This document shows, one piece after another, positions 13,139-25,800 of a stretch of DNA of 64,000 bases (the stretch's first letter is position 1; every line of letters begins with the position of its first letter). The notes under the pieces are model-generated. The model was given only the letters and a program-made list of their open reading frames with translations. It made no database searches and was not told the DNA's origin. The translations under genes were made by a program, and so were the position numbers. The stretch is from Antedon mediterranea (Eukaryota > Animalia > Echinodermata): contig NC_092678.1 of the NCBI RefSeq assembly GCF_964355755.1, forward strand, positions 1,132,422 to 1,196,421, written 5' to 3'.

Positions 13139-13800
13139 TTTGTTTGTTTTTTATACTAGGCCTAGGCTAGGCCATTAACTTAGATAATAATAATAATATT
13201 TCAACATTTTTTACACACAAAAAGTAGCTAAAAAAGTTTCAAATTTATAAATGTATGATAAAAAAAAAGTATTAATGATACAAATACTATTAATGTTTAT
13301 TATTGAAATATATATTATCATAATATAATTTTTGTTGAAAGAGGCTAATGTTTAAGTGGAGTATAGAAACGAGTAAGTCACAACAAACACAAGGTGAAAG
13401 TTCAAAGGTTTCTGTTTAACTACCCCCTCTATTAGTAATCTTAGCCATCGTTCAATGGTTCCCGTACTCGACTCACACCGCACACACCATAGCATAGGGA
13501 GAAATATTGTATACTGTATTACTAATATAATATTATAGTATTTTATTTCTTTTTTTTTAGAATTAACATATGCATGGCCTGGTAAACACCAACATTTAAA
13601 TAAATATTGTTGAAAAAGCTTTAAAAAGTTAATTTTATATTATACTCTGTAGAGTACAATTAAAATAATACCAAACTCTAGTTCAGAGGGCGGTGTTTCA
13701 GAAAAGAATAATAATGGCGCACGGCAATTACAGCTGGCCACACGTCCAACGAGAGAAAGATGGAAATTATTTTGCACATTTAGCCTAATTAAACGATGTA
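13139..13800. promoter_or_regulatory. Divergent promoter region TSR2 / ZNF292-like gene, with three uORFs on +
   Basis: Head-to-head ATGs ~660 bp apart; uORFs 13714-13788, 13760-13783, 13796-13801. Confidence 0.55.
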
Positions 13801-16800
13801 ATGGAACCTTCAGTAAGTTCTAAGGCTTGTATAGAACCTATTAAGACACAAGATAAGTGTAGACAGACCAAATTATATTGTGAAGATTTTATTCAGGTTG
13901 GTTTACTTTTCTTTATTTTTTGTGTTGACATCGGAGGCTAGCTAGGCTAGCCATGCATGCTCCTCCCTCTCTCTTGGACTGCACGATGATGTCAGTCTGA
14001 TCATCAGTGAACGATCGGTGTTTTGGTTAGACAAACGTGTAGGCCTATCCTAGGGAAGTTTTCATGCTCAATTCTTTTTCTTCTATTACTAGCTTTACAC
14101 TTTGTTAATTTAACTAATATATAATATTTAGCAATTTAATGTATTTTTTTAGCTTATTTGCAAATGCGTAATTTCAGTATTAATTTCTTATTTATATTAT
14201 AAAAGTATTAAATAAATAGGCTAGGCCTAGCTAGATCTCTGTACTGTACAGTACATGTGAGGTCGAGATCTGTTTTTGTTTTGCAAAATGCAAGGCTAGT
14301 CTAGGGATGTATGTAGTGGTATGCTGTATGTTGTAGAATAGAATAACATGCATGTAATGTCCTAGTAGGAGGCCTAGATTAAAATAAAACCACAATCATG
14401 CTTTGAAATGTGAAAGTGGTGGTCATTATTAAATATTATACATAAATCATTGAATGAATTTATTGAAAGTTTTAATAATATTTTGTTAATTAATTTATTT
14501 TATTTTTTAATGTTTTTATACAATATGCATAATTGTACAGTTTGTTGTGAAACTGAGACACTACATAAATGATAAATAAATAAAATAAAAGTAATAAAAT
14601 AAACAAAACATTATTTTGATATTTAATTAAGAAAGTATCAAGACTTTCATCTGCCACCCCTATTTTATGGGTGTCTAGAAAACTCAGATCTGGCACACAG
14701 TATTATACGTTTTCTTACTAATAAAAATAATAATAGAGTTTTCTAGACACCCCTATTTTATTCAAACAATTGCAAAACAAAAGTTTTTTTTTTCTCTTTC
14801 GTGGGGGTCACCCACATTTATTCATTCCTTTTACAAATATATATTATATAACATACATACATTTTTATAAAATAAAGAACAATAAAATGCAATATAAAAG
14901 CTAAAAAGGCACTATATCTATACATGTACATAAAATCGATGGAGTAAAAGTATGCTTTAAAAACGTACATTTTATGTTTATTGCAAGTTATAGTAAAAGT
15001 ACAACTATTTATCATTTAAATTTACTTTATATTAAGAAATGTATTAAAAAGTAGCTGTTTCTTTTATTATATCTTAAATCAGTACTCACAATTTGTTTCT
15101 TTATTTCTTTTGACCTTTCCTTATATTACATCCGTTACAAATATATACACACATACACACATTAATATACCTATTTACATTTACGAATCAGTTTAATATA
15201 GTTACCAAAACCCATCAAATTACAATTTTGGAATTTTGATATATTTAAAATAAAAATATTGTTTTTTTTTACATGATTTTGGTCACATAGAATTTTTCAT
15301 TTTGACCGAAAATGTAGACAGATTGGAGACAATTTTTGTTCAAAATTAAAAGTTATATATGAGTTGACCAAAATTATAATGGTCAATAAAAAAAATATTT
15401 TTTTGAAAATATATCAAAATTCAAAACTTTTAATTTATCTTCAGCCTAATTATCATAAATAATACTTTTCATCGTTATTTGAGGCAAATTAATATAACTG
15501 TTTTGTATTTTGCAAATTTTCTGAAAAACTGGATATTTTGTTATGTGATATAATTTGTAATATAAAAAATGTGTAAAAATATTGTATTCTAGTAGCATCA
15601 TATACACATTTATAAATATGAATTTAAAATGAATGAAATGTTTACAAATACAAGAATGATCATACAGTACTAAAAAACATTACAATTTCACTAACTTACT
15701 AACTTTAAAATTGTGTAACAAAAGTTTTTTCTGAAGTTCTTTCACTCTATTGAATAAATAAAGCACTTAGATTAGGCCTACATGTACACTGTACTAGCAC
15801 CCAGCTGCATGAAAGAATGTACCAATATTAACTCGTTTAAATTTAATTTTAAAAAACACATTTTATCGTAATTGTTTAATTGAATTTTTTTGGATAATTA
15901 TTTTTTTATATAATAGTTTTAAATTTAAATGTATATAGTAGATTCGTATTAGTAAAGTATAGTTTTATATATTTTGTCATTTTCAAGAGGGCCCCTGAAT
16001 ATCAGCTGGCCTGCGGGTTCAGCTGGAAGGGTTACCCTCTATAAATAAAGTTGAAATAAAATAAAATAGCCATGTTTATAAGGTATCATTACCACCACCC
16101 ACCCTTAACTTTTCTCACCCCACCCTTAACTTTTCTCACCCCACCCTTAACTTTTCTCACCCCGCCCTTAACTTTTCTCACCCCACCCTTTTAATGTTCT
16201 CACATCACTGATTATACACTAGTACAATTGTTTAATTTTGCAGAGTTTTAATGAGTTGATGCGAAAATGTCGACGTGATACATTATTCCGTCTTTATTGC
16301 AAAGTAGTGTATGAGTTGGTGACACGGGTTCATGGACTTTGTAGGTGTGGCAAGTGTCTTGTTGAACTCAAAGGGGTCATTAATCATCTCTGCAGGTTGG
16401 TAGTACCTTTACACAGTCTTCAACTCCAATACCAGGTTCTCTGTACTGTATATATGCAATTATCTCCCAGTATCATAGGCAAATTGTGTATTACAGTGTC
16501 ACATGTGGCATCTGTATGTTACGGTTTGGTTAGGCTTATGGCTTATGTTAAAACTCTCTATCTCTGTATTATAGAATTTTGTTATGATATATAATTAATA
16601 ATAATAATATCCTAGATTTATATAGCGGCCTAATGTTGTGAAACCTCTATGCGCTGTGGATAAACTATAGGATAAATCAGGATAAATTATTGTACAGCAG
16701 AAGAGTACTGAGAAACCCAAAATTAGAAGTTTCTTGAGGTCCAAAAGGACCCATTTTTACCAAAGACATAGAAAAACATATCAATATCATGTCTTTTTAC

Positions 16801-19800
16801 GCTTTGAAATCTGTAAATGATCAAATTTACTTGCATAATTGATAACTGTAAACATCATCATATTGTAGAATGAAGTACACAAAGTAAGTGTATACGAATT
16901 GTATTGTAATTGATTGATTTTTAAATTAATTTTAATTTGGATGCCTTACTATATCCTATGTAATAATAATTAGTTATCCGCATTCCGCATTCAGCGGATA
17001 ACTCCTTGTAACTGTCCTGTTTCATCATCTTTTTTTTTTTTTCTGTATTCTTTCTTTCTGTCATTTTTGTGTCACGCATATCTCAAAAACGTGTAAACAT
17101 TTTATAACTTTGTCAACATGTGGGCATTCACGTGAAGTTGTGCACCTGCTATTGTGAATGACGTCAGAAATGCGCAACGTGACTTACGCGCGTTTTTATG
17201 AATTTCGCATTTTTAACATATATCGAAAACCATATAACAACGTAAATTGAAACTTAACAAAAGTTTAATTTATATCTTGCGCTAGCTGACTGTGGAAAAA
17301 AAATGGCATGTTTCACACGAAGTTACGCGCGCACGCGCGTTTGAAATTTCAAAATGCGAAAAAAAAAATTTCTAATCAACTTTCTACGCGTTTCATGTCA
17401 TTTTGAGCATGTAAAAAATTCCCACGCGGGTGCATTTTTTTACGCGCATGGTGTGAACGTAGCGTTGAAAACAATTTTTTTTGTGTGATTTATGTTTTTC
17501 CAGCCTTTTCTAGTAATTTTACCAACTTTTAAACAATTTTGAATTAAAATTACGTCATACAGGCACGTTGAATTGGATAATTTACGTGCGTTTTTGATGA
17601 AAAAGTTAAAAAATTTGTCAAAATTATACCTTTTTTTAAACAATCATAGATTCTAAACTACGAGGTGAACTTTTTTTTAATTACATATCCAGGAAGATGA
17701 TAAGTTGTAGATAAGGAATCATGCATTGATATGGCAAACCGGTCATTGTGACATCATCGTATGGCCACGCGAATATAAAATATAGGATTTTTGTATCTTT
17801 TGTCATAGCTCATCACATTTAATAGAGCGCATCTCCACTTATCTGTTTTCCATTTTCACCCCGATTATTATATTTTCTAGGTCAATCAACTATCTTACGC
17901 ATGAGTTAAAAATATTTTAATTTTTATGACGTCATGTCTAAAAATGTAAATAACGTGGGTCACTTATATTCATCTTTACAGTAAATTTTAATCTGTTATA
18001 CTAATAGCTCATCAGAATAAAAAGTGATAATCATGATTAAAACGTTTTCTGGAAGCTATTGGATTGTAGATAGTCCCGTAATTTCACCTATTCTACACTG
18101 TATGTAGCATACAGATTATACCGTTTGCACTGTATATACCATATGACACAAAATTGACAGAATTCAGCACTAAACAGCATATCATATTCTTCAGTTCAGG
18201 TCATAATGCCATAATCTTTTTCTGTGTGCAAACTGTCAACGTATGACGTGCACGTCGCGTTTGTGTGGTGCGGATAACTAACTCGTCAAAATGACGAGTT
18301 ACATGTCTAGTTTAAGTTGATTTTACTTTGCGCTTACTTTATGGCGTATGCGCTTAAGTACTTTGTTTACTTCGTGCTTAATACTTTGCGGGTTTTACAA
18401 TGTGCGTACAGCAGTTTAGCAATACCCAGTGAAGTTAAGTTTCCTACTAAAATATGGAAGTGACTTGAAGAGGTTAATAATGACATACAGTAGCATGCAG
18501 ACAGATAATAATGTTACCAATGTTTATGTTATTTAAATTTTCAATGTTTATTTCAACTTTTGTTTACATGCATTTAATTTTAAATGTTATTTTTGATTGA
18601 TTGTGTTTTTATTGTAATTCCAAAATATAGATAATTTTTTTAAGAATATTGTCGCTTGAGGAAATAATTTAAAAAAAAACGTTTTTATTGAACAATGAAT
18701 ATGACATTCCAGCATTTATCTATGCCATACTTGACAAAAATTGTCCAGTGCACTAGCCTAGTCTGATTGGTTTTGAGATTGCAACAAGTTAAATATAAGG
18801 CACACTAAAATAGATACTATTTACCCAACATTAAAATAATAAAACACTTTACACTGATGCAGAATAACTGCATTTAATAATGTTATGATCTTGCAAATGT
18901 TGATAGATAAATCATACACAATCTAAAGTTGAACACTTCCTGTCGGCGTTCAGCAGTCACTATTGAGCTCAGTTTATGAGGCCAGTGAGGGTAGTCTGCT
19001 ACAGTACATACAGTAGTACCTACTGTAACAGCTTAATGATGGTTTTTGCACTAATAAAATTACTACTTTAATATAAACAGAATGTGTATAATGCCCACTC
19101 ACTCATCTAAAGTGTTATCACATTAACGACAGAAAAAATATTATCATTTAGAAGACATCCACTTCCACTTGGCAAGCAACATCCTTTTTTTTTATATTTG
19201 ATGTGAATTCATAAGCGGTTGTGACATTCAGGAATCATTAAATATTTCCAACTTAAAAAAAAAATATAAGCAAATGCCAAGCCATCTTTTCTTTTGATTT
19301 TCTGCAAAAACATCAAAATAAAAAATAAATAAAACAATTTGAATACTATTTGTAATGTTTTAATAAAGTTAAATTCAAAAAAAAAATAATAGTTTCTGTA
19401 AACTTACAGTACACAGAAAAAAACCCCTATTTTCTTCTTATTGCCTTTTTCCCTAAATTTTAGTTTATTATATATTAAATTATTATAGTAAACTTTTGGG
19501 TTTTTCCTGATCTAATTTTTAGATTATTATTATTATTATGTGACATTGACAATAAAGTAGCCAACAAGCTCTTTCATATAAGAGAATATATCTTATAATG
19601 TTGGTGTTATAATTATATGTTAACTGTATTAAATTGTGTAATTTTTAAACTTATTTCTCTAGCTCCTGTGCCCAATATATCATAAGTGACGATTTCTCGT
19701 CAGTGCCCGAGTCATTTCGTCTGAACCTGAGCGACGCCTTGCAAGCAGCGCAAGAAGAACTAGGCTGCTTAAGTGGTGATAGGTTCTTTAGGCTGGCTGG

Positions 19801-22800
19801 GCTGTGTGTTGCTCCCTGGTCTCACCCATTCCTAGTGGGCATTATGGAAGGAACATCTGGCTCACAGGGATCAGGTAAGCTTTATCACATTATTCCCACA
19901 ATCTATTAGTTTCCCTTAAGTTTCCCTTCTGTAAGATTTTAATATTTAATTTTTGTTTATGATTTCAAAATTTGAATTTTAAATGTGTTATTTCTACTGT
20001 AGTTCTTATTTATTAGTTTTAAAAAAATGTACAGACATTTGTAGGACATTTTCTGTGTCCAAAAGAAAGTTGACTGTACACAACCATTATTGACTTACAG
20101 TTTATAAATGAAATCAAATGCTTTTAAAATAAAACAACTCTTTGCATTAACTTTTTGAAAAAAATCATGATTTTTTAAACAAATCTTGTTCATAAATTGC
20201 TCAGTGTCATATCCCATGGGTGTGATAATGTGACTCATTTATCTAATCACATCTACAGACAATTGAGTCACTTTGTTATTTTGATTCCTTAAAATGACAA
20301 ATTAAACTAATTATTGTTTATTACTAATAAAGTAATAGATGCTAATTTAAGAAAATTCAATTTCCATTGTTATAAAATTTTTTTAATTTTTTAAAATAAT
20401 TAATAAATATTTTAGTACAATTTTTGTCAAAATTGTTATTTTTTTATTTATATGTTACTTACTGTAAAGTGTATACAAAATTAATGACTTGATGCTGATA
20501 TTCTATATAATATGTAGATTAAAAAACAGGAAATTATTAAAGAAGAAATTGTAGTACTAATTGTAAATAGGATAATAATAATAATTTGTAATAAGACCCA
20601 GTTCAGTGTGACATGAATCGAAAAGGTTAGCTTTTTAGTCTCAATTTTGCAAGTTGCGATTGCGATTTCACTATAACAGAATCATTGAGTAAGTATTCAA
20701 AATTAATGATTTATAAATAAGTATACATTAAAGATGTATTGTCCCTTTGACTAATTAAAAAAAAAAGGTGGGTCATTTTGAAGTATCATAATAGTTATTA
20801 ACTATCACCAAAAAAATCATTTAACTGAAATACAGACGTTAAAAAAATAACATTGACTTCCAGTCAAAGTTTTCAATCAAAACATATCCCATAATGAAAC
20901 GCGCTTGTTTGGCTACTCTGTATGCATAATCATAAAACTTCCTCAGGATCTGTGTAAAAATACCTTCTCAACCGTGACGAGTTGTAAACAATTCTAATTA
21001 GCATATACATAATGCGTACTCGTGGTTTGAAATCTTTGTTTACTTTCGCTCGCGACGATTTTCCAGACGAAATGTAATCAAATCAATTTACCTGTTAATT
21101 ACGTAACTTGTTGTTTTTGGCTCGAATTTTCGACTTAAAGTGAATAACTTTAATATTACTTTGATATGGCCAATTTAAATTTAGAATATTTTGACCTTCA
21201 TTTTTTTTGTGTTTCAAGGGACAATACATCTTTAAAATAACATTAGGATTTAAAATAATAGTAATTTAAAATTTATATATTAATTTGTATCTTCATTGAG
21301 ATTCAGGTACATTGTCACTGAAAAAAATATTATTAATATCTTAATTTTTTAATTTTAGAGAGGACACAAAACTACATAAGCTATGAAGGAATTGATCTGC
21401 TGTCCTCTAGAGTCGAGATTCTACTCGAGAAAGATCCAAACAAGGCCATTCGGTTGTGTCAGGCGTGTGCCGAACATCAAGAGATAGGCAAAGACACTGT
21501 GTTCCTAGAAACCTGTCTTGTTGTGTTGTTTAATCAGGGAATGCCTCCTGAATTTTCCATGCAGGTTAGAGTTTTTAAACTGTTGTACTAAAGTTGATCT
21601 TATTTCCTATGATTGTCTATTATTTTTTGGGTTTCAAGTCGAGTAAATTTATTGTCATTGTCATATAAAAAACATTTACATTGAAATGAATTTGAACGGT
21701 TTCGGCTACTAACAAATAAATAGAACTTAAACTACATGGTGAAACTATGCCCCGTCAGACACCATCCTGGTATTTACTATGCCCGTCAGACACCATCCCG
21801 GTATTTACTATGCCCCGTCAGACACCATCCCGGTATTTACTATGCCCCGTCAGACACCATCCCGGTATTTACTATGCCCGTCAGACACCATCCCGGTATT
21901 TACTATGCCCCGTCAGACACCATCCCGGTATTTACTATGCCCCGTCAGACACCATCCCGGTATTTACTATGCCCCGTCAGACACCATCCCGGTATTTACT
22001 ATGCCCCGTCAGACACCATCCCGGTATTTACTATGCCCCGTCAGACACCATCCCGGTATTTACTATGCCCCGTCAGACACCATCCCGGTATTTACTATGC
22101 CCCGTCAGACACCATCCCGGTATTTACTATGCCCCGTCAGACACCATCCCGGTATTTACTATGCCGCGTCAGACACCATCCCGGTATTTACTATGCCCCG
22201 TCAGACACCATCCCGGTATTTACTATGCCGCGTCAGACACCATCCCGGTATTTACTATGCCCCGTCAGACACCATCCCGGTATTTACTATGCCCCGTCAG
22301 ACACCATCCCGGTATTTACTATGCCCCGTCAGACACCATCCCGGTATTTACTATGCCCCGTCAGACACCATCCCGGTATTTACTATGCCCCGTCAGACAC
22401 CATCCCGGTATTTATTATGCCCCGTCAGACACCATCCCGGTATTTACTATGCCCCGTCAGACACCATCCCGGTATTTACTATGCCCCGTCAGACACCATC
22501 CCGGTATTTACTATGACCCGTCAGACACCATCCCGGTATTTACTATGCCCCGTCAGACACCATCCCGGTATTTACTATGCCCCGTCAGACACCATCCCGG
22601 TATTTACTATGCCCCGTCAGACACCATCCCGGTATTTACTATGCCCCGTCAGACACCATCCCGGTATTTACTATGCCCCGTCAGACACCATCCCGGTATT
22701 TACTATGCCCCGTCAGACACCATCCCGGTATTTACTATGCCGCGTCAGACACCATCCCGGTATTTACTATGCCCCGTCAGACACCATCCCGGTATTTACT

Positions 22801-25800
22801 ATGCCGCGTCAGACACCATCCCGGTATTTACTATGCCCCGTCAGACACCATCCCGGTATTTACTATGCCCCGTCAGACACCATCCCGGTATTTACTATGC
22901 CCCGTCAGACACCATCCCGGTATTTACTATGCCCCGTCAGACACCATCCCGGTATTTACTATGCCCCGTCAGACACCATCCCGGTATTTACTATGCCCCG
23001 TCAGACACCATCCCGGTATTTACTATGCCCCGTCAGACACCATCCCGGTATTTACTATGCCCCGTCAGACACCATCCCGGTATTTACTATGCCCCGTCAG
23101 ACACCATCCCGGTATTTACTATGCCCCGTCAGACACCATCCCGGTATTTACTATGCCCCGTCAGACACCATCCCGGTATTTACTATGCCCCGTCAGACAC
23201 CATCCCGGTATTTACTATGCCCCGTCAGACACCATCCCGGTATTTACTATGCCCCGTCAGACACCATCCCGGTATTTACTATGCCGCGTCAGACACCATC
23301 CCGGTATTTACTATGCCGCGTCAGACACCATCCCGGTATTTACTATGCCCCGTCAGACACCATCCCGGTATTTACTATGCCCCGTCAGACACCATCCCGG
23401 TATTTACTATGCCCCGTCAGACACCATCCCGGTATTTACTATGCCCCGTCAGACACCATCCCGGTATTTACTATGCCCCGTCAGACACCATCCCGGTATT
23501 TACTATGCCCCGTCAGACACCATCCCGGTATTTACTATGCCCCGTCAGACACCATCCCGGTATTTACTATGCCCCGTCAGACACCATCCCGGTATTTACT
23601 ATGCCCCGTCAGACACCATCCCGGTATTTCTAGAACTGGTTTCGGGATTGGTAAAAAACTACTGTAAGCCCCGGCGGCGGACACCATCCTGGTATTTCTA
23701 GAACTGGTTTCGGAGTTGTTGGTTAACTTTTTATTGTATCAATATAAAACAAATATAAATTAGTATTTTCTATAATTTATTAAATTTTAAATTCAAAATG
23801 TTGAATTGTTACTTTTAGGTTTGGATTCAAGAGAGTGAGAGAGTGTTAGAATCACTTAAGAACATGCTAATGTACTACCCAGCACCAGTCATCAAGCTGG
23901 TTGACACTCTGCTCCTTAAGGAATGGAACCAAGAACACTCTGGTTTGAAAGAGGAGAAAATGGAAGATCTCTTGCGCATGTGGATCGATGTCCACTACAA
24001 ACATGGATCTTTTGATGAACTGTACAGAGCTGCCGTCAATCTGGCCATGTATAATGACGACACCAAGAGTGTTATTCATTTTGCAGATACAATTGTCAAG
24101 CAGGTATTTATTGGTTTTCTTATGCATGTCAATTGTGTGTGTGTTGTTTGTACTCTATATGCATTATGTTGAGTTAATTTCTAAGTGACACACTTTTAAT
24201 AAGAATGTCAATACAATAATTAGTTTGGGGGCACGTGCTCACCTCCCCTCTCCTTATTCACATTTGTTTGGGGGCTTGTGCTCACCTCCCCTCTCCTTAT
24301 TCACAGCTAATTTGTTTGGGGGCACGTGCTCACCTCCCCTTTCCTTATTCACAGCTAAAATGAGATTACTTTTGATATACTATTAATATTATTATTAATC
24401 CCTCATTCAAAATACTTGATCCGTCCCCAAGAGCCTTTTTGTGCTTCTTTAAAGACAATCTTACCGTTTGATACAAATTTCCAAATAATAACAATTTATG
24501 ACATATTTCTGTTTTCATATGTTTTTTCAACAGATTGGACAAGAAGCATTACCATTATTTGTTAACTTACTTGTTGATAACATTCAAGTTCCTTTTCACC
24601 GATTGGACGAAATTGAGTGTCAATTAGCCAATCAGAACAATGCTGTTATTGGCGAAAGGTTGGCTGATGCATTGTGTGAAAATACTGGGTTAGAGTGCCT
24701 ATGCAGGATGGCTAACTTTGTGTCATGTCCGTCAAAGCAAAACTATCTAAAATTGAAAGAGGTATTTGAAGCAGCAAAGGAGAATTATAAACAGCCTATC
24801 GTGCCACTTTTATCATCTAGGCTTGACCTCATCCTTACTAAAGTTATTCTTGGACTTTTACCCAAGGCATTCAACCCATGGAATAGTTGGGACAGTTTAG
24901 AACAAGTGTGCAACAAATTGCAAAGAACATCTAAACAAGTAAAGACAAACAAAGGAAATGGTATTTTAAATGAGATTGTTACGTACAAAAAACCAAATTG
25001 GTTTCTTGATATGTTGGAAGATGATTGGGCTTGTTACGCAAAAGGGAAGCGCAACGAAGCAGAAGAAGTGGTGTGTAATGATGATGAAATTGTCGCTGAT
25101 GAACCGGCGAATTTAGAGCCTGCTAACTCTCAGGATTTAGACGCAGTAAACAAAGCTTCTAACGATTTAAAAACAAATGAAATAGAAACAAATGATTTGT
25201 TAAATAATGTGGAGAACAAAGTTAAAAAGAAACGAGGAAGAAAGTCACTGAAAGATGGATTAGTAGATGGAAACATTAAAAGACGATTTAAAAGGGATGG
25301 TGATGAAAATAAAGGAAGCAAAAAGGAGGCAGACAAGAATGATGGCTGTAAAGAATCGCCAAAACCAAGGAAAAAACCTGGAAGAAAACGCAAGGCTGAC
25401 AAGTTAAAAGACAACATTGAAAACAATGATAAATTAGATGTTAAAGATGTAAAAGAGATAAATAATGAATTAAATAGCAAAGATTTAGCTAAATCTACTA
25501 CAACGCTGGACAATGGCAGTGCTGATGATCCCTCCGCTGCTGACACTGTCAAAAAGATTCAGAAAGGTGGAAAGAAACGCAGACGTCAAAGAGATGACTT
25601 CGGAATTGGACGTAGGAGAAGAAAACCAAACAGAAAGACATCCGACGAGAAAGGTAAATTAAAAGGAGATGAAGATGAATTGGATGATAGCGAGACGGAT
25701 GAGGAACCAATGTCAGATGTTAAAACAAGTAATTCGACAGCTGAGATGATTTCATTAAACTTGCAAGAGACGCCAATAAATAGATGTTGTTTGACTCAAT

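Noticed and set aside
21736-23701. Long ORFs of 643, 628, 374 and 245 aa, or a CRISPR array
   Set aside because: Products of a stop-free 32-bp tandem repeat inside an intron; no unique spacers, no cas genes, eukaryotic context.
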